Part shown: piece by piece, positions 42,319-55,560 of the stretch
How the letters are laid out: the number at the start of each line of letters is the position of its first letter
Position numbering within the stretch: the first letter of the stretch is position 1
NCBI GenBank assembly: GCA_000165425.1
Contig: CT868074.1
Coordinates: 62,001-126,000 of the forward strand
Reading direction: 5' to 3'
Source: Paramecium tetraurelia
Taxonomy: Eukaryota
Length of the DNA stretch: 64,000 nt
The notes under the pieces: generated by a model
Seen by the model: the letters and a program-made list of their open reading frames with translations, nothing else
What the model was told of the DNA's origin: nothing
Database searches by the model: none
Translations under genes and position numbers: made by a program

Positions 42319-43316
42319 ATGAAACCATAAAAGAGCATCATCAAAGAACTGAAAACTTACTAACAGGATCTTTACAAAACAGGAAGAGAAGGGAGATAAT
42401 TTAGTATCAATGATTTTCCGAATCTTTCAAGAAAACCCGTAGAATGGACTGATTGTGATTAGTTCATTAAACTTCGGCAAATGAAATGTGATAAGAAATT
42501 AGCCATCAGACTTTGTTAATAACACAAGATCCATAGATCTGATTAACAATTTTTTGATACGTTACATAATGTGAATATGGAAAATGCTGGTTATAAGAAG
42601 ATCTAAAGCGTAAATATTAATCTCATATAGTCAACTTCTTTTCTATTAAGATAGATTAGATAAAATCAATTTATTAAACAAAAATATAGAATGGAATTCT
42701 AAGAGACTCAAATTGACAACAAAATGTCTTCAATTTTGGATGATTCGTTTTAGAAATTTTAAAAATCTTTAGATAAACATTTGGAAATAGATAAAGATTA
42801 ATCACATAAATTTAATTTAAAATATATGACCAAAGCGGAATTATATTCAAAGTTGTAGCAATTGTAATTTATATCAAAATTTAAGAAATGTAATTCCCAA
42901 ATAAAATCTATCCATGGATCATTTACCTTCTAGCAATTCCACTAATTGCTTAAATTTGGTCATCCCTTCAGCAAATTCAGTAAAAACCTTTACTATTTAA
43001 GTTACATATTTCCCAAACTGAACGTAAATTCTCAAAACCCTTTCTTCCATATTCTGGTATAAGTAAAAATAGAGGTTCCAATGTTAGCATTAAACAACAG
43101 TTTACAAAATTGTAAAATAATCAACTTAACATTCCGTCATTTAAGTTGATCAAATAAAATAAGTTAGGCAGGGCATCATTCAATCCTCAAGTCGATGTTG
43201 CTAAAGGAATTAAAAGCATGCACCACATTGGACATTTAAATGATGTGCCAGAGTTAAAAAAATAACATAGAAGACACTTTACAAATTATGATATAAACAT
43301 AATCAACTTTTAATGA
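42319..43316 (+). CDS. Hypothetical protein, KLRxMKCDK family, copy A
   Basis: MKPQKSIIKELK...FIKLRQMKCDKKLAIRLC. Confidence 0.65.
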
Positions 43317-43406
43317 GTTAGTTGAATTAATCATTGATTCTTTCTATAAATATCAAATTAAAATTATAAACACTTAAGAATAATTAATTTAACAATCTTT
43401 GTAAAT

Positions 43407-44399
43407 ATGAAAATCCAAAGAAGAAGCCTAGCCAAAGAAATCAAAGCTCAACGTCCCTTATTATTTAAGTATTATTTAATATTATAAAGTTAATCAGGTG
43501 TTTCTCCCATATGCACAAAATTGTATTCGTAAAAATTAAACGATTTCAAAAATGTTGAATCCTACGTCAAACTTCGATCAATGAAATGTGATAAGAGTAT
43601 ATCGTTGTTAAATTGTTCTAAATAAATATGTAGAATAGATGAACAGATGCCTTAGGTTAAACGTATTACTCAAGCAAGAATTAATAATCCTAATGAAGTA
43701 TGACTTTTTAATCTATATTTAGTCCAGAATACTTACTAGATAAGTGATAAAAGATTGTTTAGAGAAAAGAAAAAGAAGATTTGAAAGCACAGATGAATCA
43801 TTCAAAAATTTATATCTCCTCTAAGATAAATCGGCTGAGTAATACTAAAATTATCTCAGCAAACATATTGAAGATTCTATACAGTTAAAGGAATCTATCT
43901 CCTTTAATTTGGATAGACAATCAAAATAATAACTTTACTTCAAGTTAAAAGATCTGTATTAATTATATTATTAATCCTTAGAAATAAAAATTTAAATGCC
44001 TATTAAAAATAAGACTACAGCTATCCATAAAAATTTAATCAAATGGAAGTATTAATAATCATAAATCTAGATAACATTACGTAGTACTGTTGAACCAAGC
44101 ATTACAGATATCTCTCCCTTAACATTTGTGAAGAAATAGAAAATACAAAAATTAAGGATAAGCTGAAATAGTTGGTTTCCCCTTAGAATTTAGAATCAAA
44201 TCATAGAAAAAGACAACTAACCCTTCCTTACTTCTCGAAAAACCAGCTTAACTTAAGATTAAACTAAATTAATCATATTAATTCAGATAGTTAAAATCTG
44301 TCATCAGCTTAAACAAGCAATATTAATTCATTGATTAGAAATAAATCTTAGCTCTATAGCAGAGAGATAAAGAGAATTCACATTCAAAGTGAATGTTGA
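43407..44399 (+). CDS. Hypothetical protein, KLRxMKCDK family, copy B
   Basis: MKIQRRSLAKEIK...YVKLRSMKCDKSISLLNC. Confidence 0.62.
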
Positions 44400-45461
44400 T
44401 TAATTAATTTATTTAGATTTTTGTTATTTTTTATGAATAAATATCAATTGATTTAAAAATTAACATGATAAGTAAACTTAAATCAAAATTCTGATTAATA
44501 ATTTGTCTAAACACTTTCCAAATAAACTCACCATATTATTACAATTATTATATAAAGTAAATTCGATAACTAGGTTACATAGAAAATTTTTAATCTTTCA
44601 ATTATTGAAAGAATATCTATCTAATTGGTGTGTTCAATATTTACAATTTATTTTTATAAAAGTAAACGACTCTAATTTAAAGTTCTTAATCTTCCCATCC
44701 TATCTAATGAATCTTAAAATACTCTTATTGTTCAAGTAACCATAATTTTCTCTAATGTAAACTAAGGTTTGATATTCCTAATTGCTTAAATAGAATGCTT
44801 TTTGGAAGTATAATTTAAATTACTTGAATTTCAAAAGCCCAATTTCAAAAATTCAACTTGAGATTTATTAATGTTGATACTTCTTTTTGAATTTGCAAGT
44901 TTAATTCAATTCTATTTGATCACATTAAAAGAACACAAAATTATAGGATTCCCTCGTATATTTGCAAATTCACAACACTATTGACACAAAAACTCCAAAT
45001 TTTAATTGAATTGCATATATAAAACTAAGTAGTACAAAGATATTATTTTGTTCTTCGAATAATACAACTACTGAATCCAATATATAATTTCACTTTTAAT
45101 GAGTATGCATTTAGTATAAATTTTTCAGAGTCAGAATTTCTTTCTATTAAATGTCTATTAATTTTTTCAATCGAACTTTAGAGTTTAGAGTGATATCATT
45201 TTTTTTGCTTTTAATATCACTAATTCTAGATAAGATCTAAATATTTGTTTTTATATTATTTTTACTCAGAAATAAAATAGTCTTCAAATGAAATAGATAC
45301 ACATTTATATAGACATTTTAATATTGATTAGATTTATAATAATTTAAAGAAAAATAGGAAATAATTTATTTCTTAAGTAGAATAAATGTTTCAATTATGA
45401 TTTGATTGAACTTAAATATATGTGTGTTTTATGAAATCAAATATCTTATTCGATGAGTTCG

Positions 45462-46642
45462 TCATTAGTTCCTTCTTCTTATTATTCTTTTTTAAAACAA
45501 TTATCTTATTCTATCGATTGAATAATTTAATTTATGTTTTCTATTGCCTATTCATATTTAAAGAGGACTAATGGTTAGTTTTTCTTTTGTTTAAGAATAG
45601 TACTAATTTCATTTTTGAAATCATCCAATTCTCTAAGCACTTTTATAATGATATTTTGATTACTTAGATTACTCTGATTCCCTTCATCTTCGAATTCATG
45701 AAAAGGATTAGGTTATTGTTATTAGGAAATATCCAATAGAGATGGTATTCTGGATTCGGTTGTAGACTCTGTTTTGAAATTTTAGAAGTCCTCTCTCATT
45801 TAAACTTCGTCAAAATTCTCTGTGAATTCTGTTCCTCCATTCTAGATTTTCAGCAAATTCTTCATGCTATTTTTGAGAAACCAAAGCGATTTGATTTATA
45901 ATTCATAAATCAAGGTAGAACTTTTGAAACTCAAGAATTTTTTTAAATAGTAATTGTAACACAAGAGATTTGAAATGTCAAAAAGAGGAGTCAGAATTTT
46001 TGTTATCAATTATTCTATTGTAAATGCTAATGGCACAACTTTAGTAAAGTATATTAGAGAATCATCCTCATTTTAAATAAGAAACTCCATTTAAGTCATA
46101 TCGACAGGAACTACTAAATTAGGCATCATTTCCTCAATTTCATAATTTGTCATAAATTTCAGGTTTAAGTACAACGTTTTTACCACATTTGATTCCTATT
46201 TACTCATTGTATATAATGGAATGCATGGACCTAAATTTCTCCATATTCTCATTGATTACCTCCTTTCACTTGCTCTTCTAACAACTCCCAAAGTGCTTTA
46301 CTTATGTAATGAGCTTAATTGCGCTTATCAACTTTTAGAATTTACTCCTATGAGTTTTGTTGTATAATTATTGGCTGAAAGTCAAACTCTCTCTTAAAAT
46401 TATTCAAAATGCTATTTAATTGCACTTGTTCCTCTTAGCAAATGCTAAACTTAATGCAAAAATTCGTACCAAAGAGAATAGTTATCAATTTTAGAGAAGT
46501 TAGGATTACAATTACACAATTCATCCTGAAATTATTCATACCTAATCATTAATATACTAAATTACCATTTCTAACAAATAACAAATATTTATGGACCTGA
46601 TAGATCATTTCCCACGCCAAGAATTTGATCAATTAAACTCAT
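45462..46642 (-). CDS. Hypothetical protein
   Basis: MSLIDQILGVGND start; long open frame (GPCIPLYTMSK...MMPNLVVPVDM) after short introns. Confidence 0.6.
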
Positions 46643-46673
46643 TAATTTTTATATTATAACACATAATTTTTTT

Positions 46674-49600
46674 TCATTATTTAACATTTCTTATATAAAA
46701 CATTTCATCTTACAACCATAGATATAAATGACAACAAATATATTATTAGTCTCTTTCATAGAAAAGAATCAGTACTGACCATTTATTATTCCCTTATTTT
46801 CGCATTGAAAGTCAATCAGTATTATTTATGTAAGACTCTAATCACATCTTTATTTGATTTTTTCAGTATGTTCAACTTTGCACATCTCAGATTAAATATT
46901 ATATCATATGAAATTTGCATCTAAATAAAATGAATTATTAATAATAGTATGCTTTTGCTTTTGTAAGAAACATCAAATACATAATAAAAAAAGCTCAGCC
47001 TCTAAAGAATTTTTCAATTTCTAATTTCATAAATAATTTAGTTTGAATTTTTGATTTCAACCTATTCTCAAACCTTGTCAAATTCAATGATTTTTATTTA
47101 AATTTCCTAAAATTATGATTCCTTTGGAGGAAAAACCATAAACCTAATTCTTTTATGTTTAGAGTATCATTAATTTAAAGAATATAGGAGTGAACATAAC
47201 CAAAATCAATTTTCTTAGAAAATTAGATAATTAATCATATTGGTTATATTCACATATAATTGAAGTCTATTGATAATGAAAATGAGTTTTCTTTTATTAG
47301 TATTTTCTGGATTAATAAAAATTTACTTTAAATTTTAAAATGATATCTTTTGAACTATTGAATTGCTAAATTGTTGAATTACTATCTACTTGTTTGTTAA
47401 AATTGATGATTAAATTATTGAATAAGTAATTGATAATTATTACAAGTCTATGTTTGAAAAATCTGATAGTTATAGGAATCCATTACAAATCGTAAAGTTC
47501 TCCTATAAAAGAGAAGTTGGTGATTTTTATTGAATTTAAAGTAGAAGCTGCAGTCTTAATAAATAATATCACTAATAATTTTTATTACTAATCTGTGATT
47601 TATAAGTCATTCGCCAACTTGTAAAATGATTCTCTATTAAATTGAGCAAAATATTAAAGAATCATCTAAGTGAAAAGTTAGATTCTGATAAACAATTTCA
47701 GAACATATCAAATTTAGTTCAAGAGTAACTTAATTTTCCTATTTGGTATCAATATCAATTTATTAAAAAACTAATCCAAAAAATGAATTATAATATAAAT
47801 TGGAATCTGAATTAAACCCCAAACATTAATTACTATAATCCCAATAATTAGAATTTTAAAATATTGGATTAATTAAGAAAATTTCTGCTTAATCTCTTTT
47901 TCTACATAAATTACAATTAGGAGGACATCGAATGCATTAGTTATTATATAAACTAATGATTCTTTAATTCACTTCCAAAGGACATCTAATACATATATTT
48001 TGACCATTTGATCTTACACATTCCAAACAAAGAGTTGGACATTAAGGTATGCATTATTTATTTTAAAGGTCAAATCCTTGAACACAATCAAGACAAACTA
48101 TTTCAAAATCCTGTATTTCTGAACTTTAGCTAAATTCAGTAAAATCGTGACTCATATCATAGGATTAGATTGCAGCATAATAAAATGATCTTACTTATTA
48201 TTTCCAGTTATCTTGAGATATCTTATCTTAGTGATAAAAAGTCTTGCAATGAAGTTCAGAAGGACAAATTTGACAATTCCAAATATTCTACTAGCATAAT
48301 ACCCTTGTTCGCATTAATAGCATTCGTATTTTTCTTTAAATTTATTATATAAGCAGTTTGTACAAAATGCAATATCACTTTAACACCCATTTGTTTATCA
48401 TAATCTGAGTCCTTATCTACAATGCAATAAGTGCTAAACCAAGTAACCCTCTATAGAAATTTTTTCTCCATAATTATTATCAACTTTACATATATTCCGC
48501 TCATAGTCATATTAATATTAATATTTTTCTTCTCATCTTGAGCATTTAATGTCTGTAGAATTATAAGATGGTTGAAATTAGTAATCCAGAGTAGTGAATG
48601 TCATTTTATAAATTTATTTAACCTTAATTTGACAGCGTATTGGCAGTTATTGATTTCGTTAATCTCACAATTTTAAGCATCATTTGAAATGAAATATTTG
48701 CTATTATCTAAACATTTCAAACATCTAAGGAAATATTTTTGGTATCGGAATTTTAATCTTCAATACATTCTTAACAAAACTATCCACATATTCTGCATCT
48801 TATATCAACATAATTAAAAGGGATATTGAATTATTAATAGTTAGTACCTCCCACACTTCTTATTAATTACATCTTAACTAACTTCATCTTGAAAACATTC
48901 ATCGCAAATAGAAGGGCATATTACACATTAATTATTTGATAATTAAAAGTTCTTGTGGCATTAACGACAAACTGAATTGTCATGACAATTTAGGCAATTA
49001 ACAGGGCATCATTTGCAATTGTTGTCAACCAAAATAAAAGTAGACTTACATTAAAAGTACACTTAATATCCTAAATGAATAGCGCTGATATTGGTGTTAA
49101 TACTTTTTTCTTAATTGCTTAAAAAGTTTTGAACACCTATTTGAAGTTCTAGTTTACATATTTCTTTTATAATAAAAACCATCATAATCTATGAGATCTC
49201 CATCCATCTATTAATAGGCTGAATCAAGTCTTAGTTCATTTCGCGTCATATCCATCGTACATACTGGTTTAAGGTGCCAAGTCATTAGTATTATATAACA
49301 ATCAAGACTGTAATATGATTTTACTAATAAAAGGGACTTAAATTAATTTGTTTATTTATTACCATTATATACAAATAATATTATTGTTATCCTTTATTAA
49401 GAAGTATCCAAAATTACAATACTCAAAATAATTATTATTGTTTATTTATCAAATTGTAATTTCTGGGGATGCCTAAAATTAATCTGAACATATTTCTCTA
49501 TTTGAAATATCAATATAATTAATTTGACGTTGCACTCTTTAGTTTCGCTTAAGAATTATCAGAATGAAAATGCAGAACAACATGTACATTCTTTAGATTC

Positions 49601-50413
49601 TGGCCCATCGCATGATTTGCATGAATTATGGCATTCTATCATATATAATTAATCAATTACGTTGGTAGTCTTGAATATTAAAATCTTAATCAAATCCAGT
49701 CAAGAATTCTAAATAGGCTAATGATCCTTCAAAATAAGGAGATAAAGTAAATTTATCTCCTCCAATATACATATAATTTAATGTGTTTGAAAACTAGTTT
49801 CTATCTGAGTCAAACTTATAATTATGAGTTGTAGGCTCACTTTGTAAATCAAACCATAGTGTAGTTTATGTTCTTTCACTATTAAGTTATAAGAATTTAT
49901 AGGAGTTTAAAAATGAACCATCATATTCAAACTTCTATGGATATTGATAATGATAGTCTAGATTAGAATAGAATTTAAATTCTAAATATTTAAATTAATA
50001 TTGTATCTTAGAAATAAAGTTTTATCTCCGTTATTTCCGTTTCCATTTTAATATTACTTATTAATTGTCATTCTTAATATCTACATTTAAGCAGATATAA
50101 AATCTTACTAAAATCTATTTTAATCCATCCTCTAACAACATAATGTTAATCAATTAGCTAAGCTTCTAAATGAATGTAATCAGTTCCATATAATCTATAT
50201 ATATACCATCAACTAGTTTTATTTGCTTCATTTTTACAACCTATTTTGGAATTGTACAAGCACTAGTTATATAATCATATAAATTCTTTTCCTGTTGTTT
50301 ATTATAAATAATCAACTTTGATAATAGTCCTTGGAATGGGGCAGATGATTGTTTTGTAAAACTCTATGTTTAATATTTTAATTACATCCTTTCCGAAAAT
50401 TGCAATACTTCAT
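46674..50413 (-). pseudogene. Degraded furin-like Cys-rich repeat surface-protein gene
   Basis: ECHNSCKSCDGPESKECTCC and CPVNCLNCHDNSVCRQC repeats interrupted by in-frame TGA (49559-49561, 49009-49011) and apparent frameshifts. Ends approximate. Confidence 0.6.
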
Positions 50414-50566
50414 TTTTACTCAATTTTATATATATATTTAATTATCTAAATGTTTGTAAATTCACTCAACTAATATCAATTCTAAAATTTTTTTCACATT
50501 TAAAAAGTCAATAAAGGTTTTGAATATAAATTCATAAACATACACAATAAAATTTCATATTCATAT

Positions 50567-52272
50567 TCAAAATTTGGGACCAGCATTAATAACTTCTTAT
50601 GTAGCCTTATCTTCATATTTTTTGAAGTTAATCTAAAATTTCTCTGCCAATTCAAGAACTTATTTATCGAATTCTTCAGGATTTCTAAAATAAATTAAAT
50701 ATTTTACTTCCATGTATTCTTTGGGTTCAAGATTTATGTTGGAATGTTTTTAGCAGTTTTGGGAATAGCAAAATTGAAAATTGGGAAGTTTTCAAATTCT
50801 GCATCCTTTAATTCTCCGCTGTGGATCAAGTCAATGATTCCTCTGGTATATTTTAATGACATTCTTTAACCAACTCCATATTTACCACCAGACCAGCCAG
50901 TGTTGATCAACCAAACCTTGGTATCGTATTTCTTGATCTTTTCAGCCAACATATTGGCATAGAGAGTAGGATGGAGAGCCAAAAATGCTTCTCCAAAGCA
51001 TGCTGAAAAGGTAGCTTATGGCTCTTTGACACCAACTTCAGTTCCGGCAACTTTTGCAGTATATCCAGAAATAAAATGATACATGGCTTATTCTGGTGTC
51101 AACATAGAGACTGGAGGTAAAACACCATAAGCATCACATGTCAAAAAGAAAATATTCTTGGGATGGCCTCCTTAAGCTGGGAATTTAGCTCCTGGAATAT
51201 AATCTAATGGGTAGCTGACTCTTGTGTTTTCTGTAATTGAAATATTTGTGTAATCCACTTCCCTTTTTTCTTCTGAATAATATTCAATATTCTCCAAAAC
51301 AGCACCAAATCTAACTGCATTATAGATTTCTGGCTCTTTTTCCTTTGAGAGGTCAACACATTTTGCATAACAACCTCCTTCAATATTGAAGATGCCATTA
51401 TCAGACCAGGCATGTTCATCATCTCCAATAAGTCTTCTCTTTGGATCAGCGCTGAGGGTTGTTTTACCTGTGCCACTCAATCCAAATAATAAGGTAACAT
51501 CTCCGTTTTCTCCTTCATTGGCAGAACTATGTAATGTGAGTATTCCTTATTTTGGGAATAAATAATGAGTGACTCCAAACACTCCTTTCTTCATTTCACC
51601 AGCATATTAAGTTCCTAAAATGACCATTTTTCTTTCAGTCAAATTAACAGCAACACAGCCTTCTGATTTGATTCCTTCAATGGGTTTCTAAATTGTTTAT
51701 GGACCAGCATTGAAAATGTAAAAATCAACATCTCCGCTGAAATCCTTCTTTAGTTCCTCGTCTGTTGGTCTAATCAGCATATTCTTCATGAACAATGCAT
51801 GATAAGGTCGAGTGCAAAATACTCTAATTCTTAATCTATAATTAACATCCCATCCAGCATATCCATCTATAATGAACAACTAAATGATTAAAATCAAATG
51901 GTTACTTTTTCTTTGTTATTTAAATACTCAAGAGCAATCTTTTCAACTTCATTGTATGAGTCTTGGCTTAAACCAATGTTTACATCACCCCACCAAACAT
52001 CTCTTTCTGTGACTTCATCCTTTATGATTCTCTTATCCTTAGGAACACGACTAAATCATAGAATTATATTTATACCCGCATTTCTTTCCTGAGTATGCAA
52101 CTAAAGCTCCAGTGTTATTGATGGAATCTGGTCTTACTGTTGGATCCTCGCTTTATGGCTATGACATTGAGAGCTCATAAATAAGTGGAACACTTGGGTT
52201 TCTGTACACTGTCGCATTGCGAAGTCCCCATTTTGTTAAGAATTCTTAGACTTAGATTGTTTGATTCTCCAT
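50567..52272 (-). CDS. PCK1: Phosphoenolpyruvate carboxykinase (ATP)
   Basis: [75 protein letters not shown]. Confidence 0.97.
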
Positions 52273-52291
52273 AATTAATGAATTTTATTTA

Positions 52292-52438
52292 TGACGATTT
52301 CCTTTCTATAATTAGAACATAAATATTACGTATTTATATAAGAATTCTTAATAATCCTAATATAATACGTAATCAGATGCTCAAACAACACACTTTTAGA
52401 AACATCATTTTTTAATAACAATTAATTATTTGATGACG
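52292..52438. promoter_or_regulatory. Candidate PEPCK upstream elements (inverted ATTACGTATT pair, TGACG half-sites)
   Basis: ATTACGTATT at 52325-52334 and its reverse complement at 52364-52373; palindrome TAAGAATTCTTA at 52339-52350; TGACG at 52292 and 52434. Confidence 0.3.
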
Positions 52439-52986
52439 AACCATCATGATAACTAATGCTTGTAAAATAATGTTATTGCTTAAATTACAATATTTCAATA
52501 TAAATGAGTTCTTATTTTTCTACTGTTCTATAATGTCAAACCTTTATTCTAGCTTTATTATCCCTATAATAAATCAAGGCAATGTAAATCTAAAAAGAAA
52601 TGGGTTTATATTTCCTTTAATTAGATGGGATAATATTATAATATTTAAACATAGTATAAACATTCATACATCCAAAAGATTGAATACTCTTCTCATACTT
52701 TAATTGCTTGCTTTATTAAAACTATTTTGCGATCTAAAAAAGAATCTAATTTTAAAATTCCATTTATGTTTTATATATATAAATTTTATATAAATTTATA
52801 TAACCTGAATTAACCATGAAGTTTTCCATTTAAACACTATGAGGTTGATAGATTTTAAATATTGATCTAAATTCAAATATATAAGTATCATTCAATTATA
52901 ATTTTGATTGGAATTTGATTATAAAGCATAAATAAAATTATAATCAAATTTCATATGTTCTAATTAATAAATATTATAAATATATT

Positions 52987-53754
52987 ATGCTCTAGACTTC
53001 TGTTATCATTAGTTCTACTCCATCATATATTGAACGATTTTCTCCATTTATTTGTGCCTGTCCTATATGTCCATGCATTACATGTTTATAACCTTGCGAA
53101 TAAGCTAATGAATATAGTATTATTTATTGTGAAGATGATTGGTCTAATTGGGGTTAAGTGCATTTTGAAGTTAAGGAAGTATCCAAATTCATGTAAAGGT
53201 AATTCAATAATTGTTAAAAAAGAGATTTATTTGTCCTCCTTCTAAGCGATCTCTTGAACTTGTAGATTAAAGAAAATTTTCAGAAGTTCATATTAAAGTA
53301 GAAAAACCTTACAAATTCTCCTTTTTATGCTTTTAAAGACCAGAAATGTTAATTTACTAAAGAGGATAGTATATTGGGAAAGTGATGGAGGAACTGTAAT
53401 GGACAATAATCAAATGTACGTTTTATAAAGTAAAACCTCAAATAATCTAATTAGTTAATGTGCTTCGATAAAAACAACGCTTTGCTTTACACTATTAGTG
53501 CTAGTTGTTGTTAGCCAGGATTATTTTGCATGCTACCTTGTTAATCTTGCGCAGAAATTGAATTTGAAATTAAGGATAGAAATGATTAGAAAGTTGGGAA
53601 GATATGCCATTTATTTGGGGGGTTTCGAAGAGAATGGTGTACTAAATCAGATACATACGGAATAAATTTTCCTGAATTTGCTACAATAGAAGAGAAAATT
53701 ATACTTATCATGGCTGGGATATTTATTGATTATGCATAATTTTAAAATTATTGA
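52987..53754 (+). CDS. Phospholipid scramblase family protein
   Basis: Cys-rich motifs; FEVKEVSKFMQRFICP; EIEFEIKD...KVGKICHLFGGFRREWCTKSDTYGINFP...EKIILIMAGIFIDY. Confidence 0.85.
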
Positions 53755-54480
53755 AATTTATTATACTTACTAATTAATTGTCAATTTTTAGATTTCAGTT
53801 TGTTTTTCTTACAAGAATGAATGTTTATCTGAAAATATATTCTTAAATTTAAATTCCTAATAATTACGACTTTACAAAACAAAAGATATTCATAAAGGTC
53901 TAAAATACCGTCCGTAATTAATCATAATCTAACGTAATTATAAAATAAAAATTAATACAATAACAGAAAAAATATTTAATCATATCTTGATTATTATTTA
54001 TTTATTTTAAGAATTTTCAGGTTATTTTTTCTTTTTTTATTAAACAGAAGTTTATCTAAATACCTTGAGTTTAATTCCTATTTTACACAAAAATTTATTC
54101 AATTTAATAGTTATTTTACTAAAGAACAATTTAGTTTCTATCTTTTGCACAAGAAATATCAGAAAACCTAATATTAACTTTATGATTGATCCAGACTTTA
54201 TAAAGAAATATGTTTTCAAACAATTTTCGTTAAAAATAATATTTAATTAATGATAAATTTCTAGGGTTGCTTTTTATTAAGGAATGAACAAATTTGCCCT
54301 TAATAAAGTCTTATACTCATTGTGTATTAATTTTATTTTTTAATCAATACTAATTCAATATCAATTCATAATCCCAATATAAATTTTGTACTCTTCATCT
54401 TTATAAGTATTTTGGTTACTAATGAAATAATCTAAAAGTGCATTAAATTTTTAGTAAATTATATAAGTATTATAAAATCA

Positions 54481-55560
54481 ATGTGTGATTAAACACCAAT
54501 TGAATATCGTTCTGAATTTGAATCATCTCCTATGAATTTCTCTTAGGCTAACTTGATTCTATTTTAGCCTAATAGCCCTCTATAATTAAGGATAAATTAC
54601 AGCTCTAATTATTTGCTTATACAAGATTGTAGCTCTGCATAATAAAATTAAAATTAAGAAGATCTCTTCCCTTTCGAATAATAGCCTATCTAAAAAATGT
54701 TTGAGCTTCAAATATCAAATGAGCAATCGCCAGAAATCTAATAAATAGTGATTAAATAGTCTCAAGCAAAATAAAAAGGGTTTAAATTTTTCATGTTAAT
54801 ACCCAATAAATGACACCTTAAAATATAATAATCAAAAAACTAATAGATACCAACCATTTTGTAAAAATATATCTAATTCTCAAAAATATGAGAAGAAGAA
54901 TTTTAATTATTATTAAGAGCAAACTCCTTTAAGAAGTAAGAAAGGTAGTTAAATAAATGTATATAGGGATTGCGTAATTGAGTGTTAGTAAGATATATAG
55001 TTATGGAATTAAAATCAACAACATACAAAGATGTTGCATAAAGATTAATTTAGGATTTAGGTCAGGATGGCTAATTGTTAGATTTAGATAATGCATAAAT
55101 TTTAATAGAGTTAGTGCCTAAGGATGAGTAGAATATAAAAAGAAGAGTTTATGATGCATTAAATGTTATGATAGCTTCCAAAGTTTTAAAAAAAGAAGGG
55201 AAAAAAGTGATTTCAGATAGATAAAGGAAAACGAAAGCAAGAATAAATGAGACTGATTATTAAAATGAAGAATTAGTAACTAATTGAAATGATTAAGCAA
55301 ACCTCAAAGAAGTATAATTAAAGATAAGAAAAAAGGCTAAAGGAATTATTCACTAAAGGGATAGCCCTAGAAAATTTAATTAAAAGAAATTCTACAAATG
55401 ATTTGAAAAATAAATTTATGTTCCCAATTTTAACACTCTAGGGATGTTAATAATAGATTAAATTTCGAATGGATTCTAAAGTGTTAAAAATTATGAGCCA
55501 ATAGTGGTTGGTATTACATGCTGATTTGGATATTTTGATTTAAATGAAGATGTAATTGAT
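54481..55560 (+). pseudogene. E2F/DP-family (DP-like) transcription factor, disrupted
   Basis: STTYKDVAQRL and NIKRRVYDALNVMIAS are intact. In-frame TGA at 54811-54813, and GLRN-TGA at 54979-54981 with indels in the first DNA-binding helix. 3' end approximate. Confidence 0.7.

Noticed and set aside
44400..45400. Minus-strand ORF-like tract
   Set aside because: Multiple TGA stops and no recognisable motif; at most a decayed remnant.
49009..49561. In-frame TGA as selenocysteine or readthrough
   Set aside because: The TGAs are not at Cys positions of the repeat and co-occur with frameshifts; pseudogenisation is the simpler explanation.
52770..52803. AT palindrome-like tract TATATAAATTTTATATAAATTTATATA
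   Set aside because: Pure A/T low complexity, expected by chance at this composition.
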